Below, piece by piece: positions 1-11,045 of a stretch of DNA of 64,000 bases; positions within the stretch are counted from its first letter, which is position 1; each line of letters opens with the position of its first letter. Below the pieces are notes generated by a model. That model was not told the DNA's origin. It saw only the letters and a list, made by a program, of their open reading frames with translations, and ran no database searches. The DNA is from Rhynchobatus australiae (lineage: Eukaryota), in assembly GCA_034780895.1 (NCBI GenBank), contig JAUZTB010000001.1, positions 65,772,407 to 65,836,406 of the forward strand. Direction: 5' to 3'. The translations under genes were made by a program, and so were the position numbers.

Positions 1-29
1 TCAAGCTGACCATGCTAGTTGGTTTTCAC

Positions 30-150
30 AGAATGATACAGCATGGAAACAGGCCATTTGGCCTAACTCGTCCATGCCAACCAGTGGACACCCTTCCTTA
101 TTCACACCATTGTCCAGCACTTGATCCGTATGCCTAAGTGAGTCAAGTAT
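30..150 (-). mobile_element. CR1-type 3' tail fragment (LINE/SINE)
   Basis: acagcatggaaacaggccatttggcctaactcgtccatgcc is the reverse complement of the CR1 tail seen in other copies in this window. Confidence 0.6.
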
Positions 151-1411
151 TCGTCAAGACATTTCATAAATTCCTTGATGCACTGCATCAATAGAAAAAT
201 CCCTTCAACTTTTTGGATTCTTATAGCCAGACCAACTTCAACTTGGTGCCAATTTGTCACCAAGAAACATAAAATTTTTCTGCTATTGATAAAATACATT
301 ATTTAATTAATACATTGTGAAGGCTGAATATTTTACCATGGTTTGAAATACTGTGCATTTTGGTTTTCCTTCATCTTTTTCAACCAATCTATTTTGTTGT
401 AATCAGTTGATCACATAATACTACTTGTAGACACACTTTCTTTTGGCATTTGAAAATCTGGAATTTGTTTTTGATAGTATTTACTCAGATTGCCTGGAGC
501 TTTGTTGGAATATGCTTTGATATAATGATAGTGACCATGAGCTGCCATTGTGCTGCAACTTGTTGCAAGGTTTTGAGTTTTTCCTATCATTGGACCGGGA
601 TTAATGATGAGGGTTATATAAGCTGTACAATAATTTTCAATGATTTTTCACTATCCTTGCATGACGCAAATTCTTCTGCTGTAATGAATCTTCTGCGTAA
701 TCTAAAAAGCTGTCAAACTTGCAGGTTTTCTCATTGTCTATTATAACTTGCATGTTAGGAAACTGAGTGCTGAATTATGCATAATTTTCAACATTATGTG
801 GAAATAGCACTCATAAATAAATGTATTATATACTCTCCATTCAACTGAATTAGGCAAACCACTTTCTATTTAATAACTAAAATCAACCAATCCATTATGG
901 AATATGGCTCAATTTAGAGAATACAGTCAAAGCTAGTATTTGTAATTAGAAACTCAACACAGTCAATATCTCATTACTATTCATTCTGAGGGAACAAACA
1001 CAATGATTGTTGCAAAAAGGGTGGATTTCAAGTCATTTGACAAGAAAACAAATTTACCGTACTCTGTCCTTATAAGAATTTGATACCTGTCTCTCCTAAT
1101 GACCACACCTCAGTAATATCATAAATTTAAATCTCCCACCCTTGAAGAGGTTATAAACTAACTTGGAAGGGGGGTGGGGAGTTGAGGAGAGAGTCAGAAG
1201 GGTGAGAAACAAAGCTAGAAGTGGAAGTTGAAATGTAGTAAGCAATGTTATTCCATGGAGGAAACAAAGGCAAGCAACAAATAGATTCAGGGTACAGAAA
1301 AATGTTAAAAAACCAAACTTGAAAGTACTGCATCTTCATGTACACTGCATTCACAAAAAGGTGAATGAATTAATAGCAAATGCATTTGTAAATGGGAATG
1401 ATCTTATTGCC

Positions 1412-1910
1412 AGCTTTCAAATTCACTGGAAGAATATGTGAACCAATGTCTGTGGTCTTTCCCAGGCCAACATCCCTGCATTGAGACTTGGGTTACACTC
1501 TTTGGGTAGACACCATGTTCTTGAAACAAGCATTCTATTCCAAACTCTGAAGAAATTACTAGGCAGACAGAGGAATTTAAAGATGTGCTTGAGCCCCCTT
1601 GAAAAATTGCAATATTGCCACTGATTCCTGAGAATCTCTAGCCCACAACTATGCTAGAGGAGAAATAGCATTAATCATGGCATTGAGAGCTCGGAGTCCA
1701 TGTACTGGGAGCACAAAGAAGTCCTACATAAACAGCAGAAGGAAAGCAAACTTCCCAGTCAGCTGCCCTGGCCCTACCCTTAATGTATCTCCTGCCCCAT
1801 CTGTAGAAGAGCCTGTAGTTCACATGTTGACTTCATCAGTCACCTGAGAACACGCAAAACTGGTGTAGAAGCAAGTTATCCTTGATCTCAAGGGGCTGCC
1901 TAAGAAAATA
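1412..1910 (+). mobile_element. RTE (BovB-like) LINE 3' fragment
   Basis: Remnants SQANIP, KQAFYSKL and C-terminal CPICRRACSSHVDFISHLRT. 3' end ccttgatctcaaggggctgcctaagaa. Confidence 0.7.
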
Positions 1911-2311
1911 ATCAAGATTTTAAAAGGACTTTAGTTTGGCAGATCATGATATTGAATAAGGATTGGTTTGGGTGGAGCTTAAAAGCAATAGGGTACAGAA
2001 AAAAGGGTGGAAATTGCTTAAAGTCCTCTGAATAATACTTATTATGTAGAACGTGGTATAAATAAAGGAAATTAAAGGTCCGTGTAATGGGAGTAATAGA
2101 ATAATCATGGGGAATTTCAAGCTACATATAAACTGAACAAAACAAATCAGTACTAAATGTAGAGGATGAATTCCCACAATATGTAAGTGATGGATTTCTA
2201 GATTGGTGTTGAGAAGTTGCTTAAGGAAGGTGTTTCAGATCTTCCAGCATAATAAAGAGATAGTTAATAATCTACTTTATAAAGGAGCTTCTAGGAAAAA
2301 GTAATCATGAT

Positions 2312-2860
2312 AAGATTCCTGGGTTATGTAAGGGTTCCGTTTGTGAGAACTGTATGTACGCTAAATTTTCTGTAAGTCAGAAATGAACACTTTTCCCTAA
2401 AATTGTAATGTGAAATTCTTAGCATCAACAGACTTTGGGGATTGATTTGCAAAAAGGAAGGTCAGCGTAGGTGACAAGAGTTGTTACCAGTGAGTGAACT
2501 GTGACAAATGTTTGTTGGAATGCAGCCTAGGTGGAGTGACTGGGGGAAGGTATTCTACCAATCAGTGAGAAAACTATTGGCAGTTTAATAGAGAAAATGT
2601 GCATTAATGAGAGGTGATTTCGGGTTCGTAATGTTTAATTATACCTGAAGGAGAGTTTGGAGAGGTATTGGCTTTTTCTATGGATAATCTCTGCATTGTT
2701 TCTTGGTGAAGAGATTCAGTACTATACCCAGGAGAATTTGCGTAAAGTCAGATTTTTATAACTTGGATATCCATAAGAACATTAGTACAGCATAGTACAG
2801 GCCCTTTCAGCCCATGATGTTGTGCCAACCTATGTAAGCCATAACCCAGAGACTTCCTGT
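2312..2860. mobile_element. Tigger/pogo-like non-autonomous DNA transposon
   Basis: Inverted ends ctgggttatg (2319-2328) and cataacccag (2840-2849), right end agacttcctgt, subterminal gtaagtcaga-type motifs. Splits the CR1 endonuclease sequence. Confidence 0.6.
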
Positions 2861-4319
2861 TTTTAAATTAAATTCAAAAGTGATGTAGTTCAATCTGAGA
2901 ACAGGGCTTTCAACCTAAACAAAGGAAGCAATGNNNNNNNNNNNNNNNNNNNNNNNNNNNNNNNNNNNNNNNNNNNNNNNNNNNNNNNNNNNNNNNNNNN
3001 NNNNNNNNNNNNNNNNNNNNNNNNNNNNNNNNNNNNNNNNNNNNNNNNNNNNNNNNNNNNNNNNNNNNNNNNNNNNNNNNNNNNNNNNNNNNNNNNNNNN
3101 NNNNNNNNNNNNNNNNNNNNNNNNNNNNNNNNNNNNNNNNNNNNNNNNNNNNNNNNNNNNNNNNNNNNNNNNNNNNNNNNNNNNNNNNNNNNNNNNNNNN
3201 NNNNNNNNNNNNNNNNNNNNNNNNNNNNNNNNNNNNNNNNNNNNNNNNNNNNNNNNNNNNNNNNNNNNNNNNNNNNNNNNNNNNNNNNNNNNNNNNNNNN
3301 NNNNNNNNNNNNNNNNNNNNNNNNNNNNNNNNNNNNNNNNNNNNNNNNNNNNNNNNNNNNNNNNNNNNNNNNNNNNNNNNNNNNNNNNNNNNNNNNNNNN
3401 NNNNNNNNNNNNNNNNNNNNNNNNNNNNNNNNNNNNNNNNNNNNNNNNNNNNNNNNNNNNNNNNNNNNNNNNNNNNNNNNNNNNNNNNNNNNNNNNNNNN
3501 NNNNNNNNNNNNNNNNNNNNNNNNNNNNNNNNNNNNNNNNNNNNNNNNNNNNNNNNNNNNNNNNNNNNNNNNNNNNNNNNNNNNNNNNNNNNNNNNNNNN
3601 NNNNNNNNNNNNNNNNNNNNNNNNNNNNNNNNNNNNNNNNNNNNNNNNNNNNNNNNNNNNNNNNNNNNNNNNNNGGGAAACCGGTGGGTGTGGTTGGATT
3701 TTCAGAATGCTTTTGTCAAGGTCCCACTTTGGATATTGGTGAAAAAGTTTATAGCACTTGGAATTGAGGTAATTGAGGTTCCAGCAAAAATTGAGAGCTG
3801 GATATTACAGAGAAAACAGTTGATCAACTTAGGTATGGACAAATACTGCACTTTGTGCTCACAATGTGCTCTCTTCCACATTAAGGCACAAGGTACAGAG
3901 TTCCTCTCCAAATCGCACACTATCCTAATATGGAAACATAACCTTCATTGCTGGATCCAAACCCTGCAACTCCTTGCCTAACTGGTGTATAAATGTACCT
4001 TTATCACACGAATTGTAATGGTTTCAGCCAATAAAGATGGACATTAAGCACTCATACAAAAGCCATTTTACACATAGCAAGGTCAATCTCCATGAGGCAG
4101 CCATATGATTTGTTTTTTTTCCATTCCTTTAATGTTGTTTGAAGGAGGAAGATTTGGATACTTAAGATCTTGCTTCTCTTTGAACAATACCAAAGGAACT
4201 AAACCAGCAAAATTTATCTTGGAGCTCTCTGAAGGGATAACATCTTGTACATTAGTGTTCACTTGGTATTGAACTAAAATATGTTTCACAAACAGCAAAT
4301 TAGCAACTTTCTCTTTTTT

Positions 4320-4925
4320 CAGCAGATGGCCCATAGTCCAAGGACTGTGTGGATTCTGTTGAGGGCTGTCCACTTTCTTTGACTATAGGGTCAGTGATGA
4401 GGTATTTGTTGCCTGAATTGGGTGAATCCCACTGTTCTTACCATCTAGACAGAAGGTTTATGCTACAACACAGATGTTATTTCAAATGCTTTTGTGGTTT
4501 ATCATGTCTTTTTGATTTGTGCAATTGGTATTGCTCATGGATTTTTCTACATTCAATTACAGTGAATGTCAGTTACGGGCCAGTATAATTATTCACTCAG
4601 TTAAAGTGGCTCAAGGCCCCCTGTCAAGAGTGTGTCAGATATGCATTTAGCTGCATATCTATGAACTTTGTATGTCAACTGCAGGACCATGAGAGGAAGC
4701 AATATTCTGTAACAGAGTACACAAGAGTCACTATTGTATTGTGGAGTATTTGGTTGTGTTTCCCATGATATACCAGTGTTTCCCTCTTTTTCTATATTTC
4801 TGGGTAGGGAACAGTGTGTGAGATGCTTGTATGGGATGTATCGCTAACATATTTAGCTGTTGACATGAGGGCAGACAGGAGCCTTGAGTCCTTTCCCAAC
4901 ATGCTTTCTGTTCAGGTAGAATGTT
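4320..4925 (-). mobile_element. RTE-X-like LINE fragment, copy 1
   Basis: Minus-strand remnants TLVYSVTEYC..W...HTKFIDMQLN and WTALNRIHT. Confidence 0.65.
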
Positions 4926-6414
4926 AACACAGCTGCTTCATTTCTCTCTCTTTTAACTTTCCTGTCAAGACTCCATTCCCCTTCTAAGCTAGTTTATAAC
5001 CTCTCCCAAGGGTACAAGATCTAAATTAATGATATTAATGAGGGGTAGTCATTGCGGAATATAGATAAATTCTTCATAGCACAGAATAAGGGAAATTTAA
5101 ATTTTTGTTGTTAAATGACTTTAAATCCACCCCTCCCTTATTTTGCGATAATCATGGTGTTTGTTCCCTTCAGAATGAATAATAATGAGATATTGACTGT
5201 ATATTGTGTTGACTAACACTGCAGATTGGGAATTGCTGTTGAATTTCTAAAGTGCATCTATTGATGGTACCCACTGCAACCACAGTGTGCTATTGCTAGA
5301 GGGAGTGTTGCTCAAAATAGGTGGGTGGTGTTACAGTAACAAGGTAACCAGAGGCTTAGGGTCACTTCTGCAGACTGAGCACAGGTACTCAGCAAAGTGA
5401 CCTGCATTTGGTTACTCCAGTGTAGGGGAGACTGTATTGTGAGCACCAAATACAGTTTTGACTTATTCTCTAAATTCTGGGCTATGTTACATAATGAATT
5501 GGTTGTTTTTAGTTTAAAATGGGCAGTGTGGACTCGTTGGGCCGGAAGGGCCTGTTGTAAATAAAATTATAAAATTTTAAAATTTAAATTGAAAGTTAGT
5601 TGCATAATTCAGCTGAACAGAGAGTATATAATACATTTTATTTATTTGCAGTGCTGTTTCCCGGTAATGTGGGAAATCGTGCATAATTCAGCACTGAGTT
5701 TCTTCAAATACATGACACAAGTTTTGAACTGTATTTTATTTGAAGCATGTGCCTGTATATTCAGTATAATTTGCCCCCTTTCTTGTAAATTTGGTTCAGT
5801 AAAAGAAAGAATTAAGAATCCATCACTGGTGAACATGCTGAATGTTAGCTTATGATTAATTCCAGCTGTTAGGAAGAACATGGAAGAGAACAGAATCACA
5901 TGATGGGATAGGACAACGATAAATGATCTTCAGAAAAGCTAATATTTTTAAGCAAAAACCAGTATCTCCATATGCAAGTGAAAATATTCCTGGCTGAAGT
6001 AATTCCCCAATGTTCCAGCTGATGCAATGTATTGTGCTTCTGGGATTTGAGCCAGGATTCTGGATGAGGAAGTCGTTTATTTCTGTGAATAAAATAATTT
6101 TAGGGAGCTCTGGCAATCTTTTGAGAGAATTGGCAGAAACTTGCTAGTTAACTATGTTGATTATAAAGTGTACGTGCGGGATGGAGTTCATGCTGAGTTT
6201 CCTGTGAGGGACGCTGAGGGTGGAATATTGAAACTGAACATACTGTAGGTGGAATCAAGAAATGTCTAGAAGTCTTATTAGTAATTTAACCATTTTTTGG
6301 TTAATTATTTAATATCTGACAGAGCTCATTTGTATTGTGTAGAGGATGTTAAAGCTATGAAACTGGCTTTGAAATTCACATCACCTTACATCCTTTCTTC
6401 CTATGGCATGAAAA

Positions 6415-7285
6415 GCCTTACACTTGGATGTCCAGGCTATAAATACAGTCAGTGGCCTACTGAAATACATAGTGGAGAAATGACACACCTCTTGCAATAG
6501 ATCCTAATGAGCAGGCTGATGTGATACTTTCCATGGCTTAAGACTTGTGGCCATTGTTGCACTTTGTACTTTGAGTTACTTAGCAACTTCCATTTGTACA
6601 GCAGGTAGCCATATAATCCAAGGCCTGTGTGGATTCTGTTCAGGCCTGTTCATTTTCTTTGACTGTAAGGTCCGTGATGAACTATTTGTTGCCCAAATTG
6701 AATGAATCCCACTGTTCATATCATCTAGACTGAAGGTTAATGCCTACAACACAGATGGTAGGTACTCTTTTGTGGTATAGCCTATTTGTTTCAAATGCTT
6801 TTGTGGTTTTACCTGGTCCTTTGAATGGCCAGATTGGTATTGCTCATGGATGTTCCTATCTTGAATTGCAATGAATGGCAGATATTGGCCAGCAGAGTTA
6901 GCTATTCAGTTAAAGTGGGCTCTAGGCTTCCTGTCAGAGGCTGCATAGTGGCATTTAGTTGCATATCTATGATCTTTGTGTGTCAGCATGGGAAAGAGTA
7001 GTGTACTGCAACAGAGTACATAAGATTAACTATTGCAAAGTGGAATATTTGGCTGTGTTTACCATGACAAACCAGCAAGGTTCTGGACCATATTTTCTCC
7101 CTTGTTCGTTCTTTTTGGCAGGGAACAGTATGCAAAAGGTTCATTTGGGATGTCCCCCATGTACTTAGCTGTTGACTTGAGGACAGATGGGAGCCTTAAG
7201 TTCTTTCCCAATATGCTTTCTGTTCAGGTGGAATGTTGGATTTGGATTGGGCCACAAGCACCATGTTTGGAAACTGAATTCCAAT
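6415..7285 (-). mobile_element. RTE-X-like LINE fragment, copy 2 (includes ORF 3' end)
   Basis: Colinear with 4320-4925, plus W.L.PNP...FHLN, LNRIHTG, LLYKWKL and the terminal SLDIQV-stop. Confidence 0.65.
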
Positions 7286-7574
7286 AGGTGAAAGTCACTT
7301 GCGAGCATCCTACTTGCTTTCTCGGACTTACATTAATGGTTCTGTTAGCAATGCAATATTGTTAGCATTGGTAAATGCTCTGGGATATAGTCAAGGCATG
7401 TCCACTGTGTAAATGTTGAAAAGAGATGGCACAAGCGCTGTTCTCTACATGAAGCTATTGTTGAATTTTTGTGTTTGGTCAGTCTTGTTGCAGAGTTAGG
7501 GGTGGAATTTGTATTTTGAATTATTGAGACTAGATTACTCTTTATTGAAAAGCAAGACAAAACTGCAAATGGGT

Positions 7575-7705
7575 TAAATCTGAAATATGGACAGAAAGTG
7601 CTGGAATTACTGAACAGATCAGATTGACCTGAAATGTTAAGTCTGTTGCTCTCTTCACAGAAATTGCCTGATTTTACAAGTATCTCCAGCATTTTCTGTT
7701 TTTAA
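7575..7705. repeat. Palindromic Penelope-like terminal repeat
   Basis: Arms acagaaagtgctggaattact and agtatctccagcattttctgt are inverted complements. Confidence 0.55.
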
Positions 7706-7709
7706 AATT

Positions 7710-7938
7710 TATTTACAGCGTGGTACAGGCCCTTCTGGCCCAATGAGTCCACGCCGCCCATTTTAAACCCATGTTAACCTATCCGTACGTCGTTGGAATG
7801 TGGGAGGAAACTGGAGCACCCGGAGGAAACCCACGCAGACACGGGAGAACATACAAACTCCTTATAGACAGTGACAGGAATCGAACCCTGATCACTGGTG
7901 CTGTAATAGTGTCACGCTAACCACTACGCTACCATGCC
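7710..7938 (-). mobile_element. tRNA-derived V-SINE (HE1-like) with CR1 tail, near full length
   Basis: V-domain ggaggaaactggagcacccggaggaaacccacgcagacacgggagaac. Minus-strand B box (ggttcgattcc) and A box (tagcgtagtgg). CpGs retained. tgtttt on both flanks. Confidence 0.85.
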
Positions 7939-9199
7939 ATGTTTTATTTCAGTCATTGTTGAACTCCATTTATTTCCTTCAGTTTTTGTTTAAGTATCAC
8001 ACTAATATAAAACCACTGATCGAAAGAAATGCATAGACAACAGCAACTTGTATTTCTATCATACTTCTCTCAAACAGAAGACATTTTGGATCATTGATGA
8101 GGATGAGTGTGAACGCTGGGGAAGATTAGAAGGTGAAAGGACAGGAGTTGGTAATAGAAAATTTAATAGCCAAATTGTAGAGGATAAAGAATCACTGTAC
8201 TGCTGAAAGGAAGGGAAAGAAATATGCAGATATGAAATTGGGAAAGCTATAGATAAATCCATTGAAAATCTGACATGTTGTTTATTGCTGATCTGGATTA
8301 GTATTGCCCGTATGATGTGTTGCTGCGTAGATCCATATGGCTTGTTTGCTTCTTCCAAATTACAACTAATAAATAAGCTGAAGTGGAGACAGAGTCACAT
8401 AGGTGAGCTGAGTACTGATCTGTCGTTGTGTGCACCTTTTTTCTATGAATTTTGAGACAAATTAATTTTACTTTGCCTGTTAATTTGATCTGCAAATGCC
8501 TTTGAAGTTGAGCTCGGCAGTAGTAGGTGGGAGCTGTTTCATGTATATACCTCTTGTCGCAGATCACTCAAAAAAAAAACTATTTCCACTTCACCCCTAT
8601 CTGAAATATGCATTATCATGGAGTGAAACCTGAGCCAATATCTATCCATTAAAATGTATTTTCACATTCTCTAATCTAAGCAGTTAACAAGGAGGGTATA
8701 TTGGTGAGTGTAGATCTCACAGTGCTACTGAGTCATTTATGAAAATGTAACTGTATTTCTAAGCCAAAGAACAGAGCTGGTAGGCAACAAATTAACACAA
8801 CCATTTTCTACAACACTTATTTCAAACTGGAATTTGTGCCTATTTAGTACATTGAGGGGAGGGGGCACCCAGTGAAGTTAACAACTATTTATTATTTAGC
8901 ATGGGGAATAGGGTGGGAAGGGGGACAGAAAGAAAAATCTCTCTGAAGTGGGGCATTTGAAAACTTTGGCCGCCACTTTTTTAGTCTTGATAAATATGAT
9001 GGAGTTCTACCAGCTTTTGTTTTTGAGAAAGTGGGAGAGGGGTTCCCCAATCTTCACTTTTCAGATGAAATGATTGTGGGAACATAATAAAAGCAAAATT
9101 TAAAGTTGTAAGAGAAAATTGAAATCCAAGTTTATAAAGGAGTAGTCAGAAGGAGTATCTGGCAAATTGTTTCATGTAACATAATGTAATGATATCTAG

Positions 9200-9880
9200 G
9201 TCTTGCCGAATATAATCATGGAAGTTTTTTTTCTCTGAATGGAGTTGAACATCAACAAATATCTCCACTTTTGACTTTGATGGAAGAAAGGTCACTGAAG
9301 TAGATTAAGATGGCTGGTAGAACACTCCAACAGCCACAACTATCTTTGTATGAGATGTGACTCAACCGCTGGAATGATTTCCTCATGATACAAAGTGACT
9401 TCAGTACCAGGGCTCCTCAATACCACTTTCACTCAAATGTTGCCTTCGTGTTGGATTCCAGAAGCCTGACTCTGGACTTCTGTGTGTTGGTCCACATTTG
9501 GACCAAGACAGTGATGAGGTCTAGAACCAAATGATCGTGATGAAATCCAAACTCAGCATCAGTGAGCAGATTATCAGTGATTGTGACAGTTGATAACACT
9601 GTCAGTGACACTTTCCATCACATTGCTCATGATTGAAACTGGGCTAATGAGGTGGTAATTGGCAGAGTTGGATTTGTCCTGCCTTTTATGAATAGGACAG
9701 AACAAAGGCAATTTTCCACCTTGTTGGACAGATGCAATTGTTGTAACTACTGAAACAATTTAGGTAGAGGCATGACTGGAGAACAAAACAGCCTAATTGT
9801 GATCTGGTCCTGTTGACTTTGCTGTATCCAGTTCACACAGCTGTTTCCTGATATCATGTAGCATGAATTAAATTGGTTGA
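9200..9880 (-). mobile_element. CR1/L2-group LINE reverse transcriptase fragment
   Basis: Minus-strand IHKRQDKSNSANYHLISPVSIMSNVMES and NLLTDAEFGFHHDHLVLDLIT (ORF 9429..9611). Confidence 0.8.
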
Positions 9881-10664
9881 AAATTTGTAAATGCCAAAAT
9901 GCAGTAATAGAGGATTAATTTTGTTTACATGTTAGCCCACCTTGGTTGCCAAAATTTGTCTTTGCCTAATTAATTTTAAAAAGCTGATAGCATTGAATCC
10001 CTAATTAATGTGTTAGAAAAAAATCTAATTTTATATCATCTGAGGCTTTTTGGCTGGAGCTGTTTGGCTGCATTGACTGATTCATTGCGTGGAAGACAGT
10101 GGTCTGAAATCTCTTTTCTCACAAACTCTAGTAAACTGTTTGTTAATGGGTATTTGAACCCAAGCCAACTTGTAAATGTGCTGCCTAGTGTGAAAGGCTG
10201 CTATGCATTGGTCCAGTGGCATTGATCATAATTCTGCATCCTCTCACCATCTCACCCCTTATTCCAACCAACTATTGATTTAAGAATGTTCAAAACAAGG
10301 CCAGTTGCTGCGCTGGCAGTTGAATTAGATGCATAATCCTGAATGTTGGTTGAAATAATCTATCGTGAGAGAACAAGGAGCTTGTGTGTTGGGTTGGCTG
10401 GTTATGATTAAAAAAAACTGAGTTATGCATTATCGCTGACATGTGGCCAAGCTATTGGCAGTTAGCTGTGGGTTGAACATGCTTTAGACCAGAATGAACA
10501 GGGTTGGTGTCTTATGCGGCGTAACTTCTTACTTTTTTTTAATAAAACCACACTGATTTGTTACTCAGTTCAAGAAGGGTGAAGAAATTTAACAAAAAGC
10601 TTCTTCATTGGGAAAAAAGGAGAAAATAATATTTTTCTCTTCCCAATTACCTTTTTTTTCCAAA

Positions 10665-11045
10665 AAGATTTGCATTTGTATGGCATCTTTCATATCTTCA
10701 AGATTTACCAAAATGGTTCTTGCCCAGTGAAATATTTCTGGCATGTATTTGTTATTGTTTTATAGGGAAATGTAGTTAATTCTCATGCAGCTGTGCTACT
10801 ATCAATGACCAGTTAAATTGTTTTGCTGCTGTTGATAGGCGAATAAAGATTCGCCAGCTCCCTTTCTATCCTTTGAATAAAATCTTTTTGTCCACCTCAA
10901 ACAGCAAATTGGCCCTCAGTTTTATGTTTTGTCATCTGGTGGGTACATTACAAAGTCATCCTAGATTGTGCTCAAGTTCTACAGTTGGATACTAAACCTC
11001 TGATCATTGGACTTGGAGATAGGGATGCCACCACTGAAGTGCCAC
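10665..11045 (-). mobile_element. Ancient Deu-domain SINE (SacSINE1-like)
   Basis: ttgcatttgtatggcatctttca...aatgaccagttaaattgtttt...cctagattgtgctcaagtt layout typical of reversed Deu-SINEs. Confidence 0.55.

Larger units (their letters stand above)
1230..3835 (+). mobile_element. Decayed CR1 LINE ORF2 (endonuclease to RT), interrupted by nested insertions and a gap
   Basis: Remnant peptides KVNELIA...DLIA (1350-1410), WVELKS (1970), IIMGNF (2100), LGKSNH (2290), FNLNKG (2910) and LDFQNAFVKVP (3695). Confidence 0.75.

Noticed and set aside
2931-3767. Longest ORF in the track (278 aa) and other X-containing ORFs
   Set aside because: Artefacts of N gaps.
10020-10560. Non-repetitive-looking stretch with a few CpGs, possible enhancer or 5' UTR exon
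   Set aside because: No CpG island and no convincing splice-site pair. It cannot be supported without conservation data.
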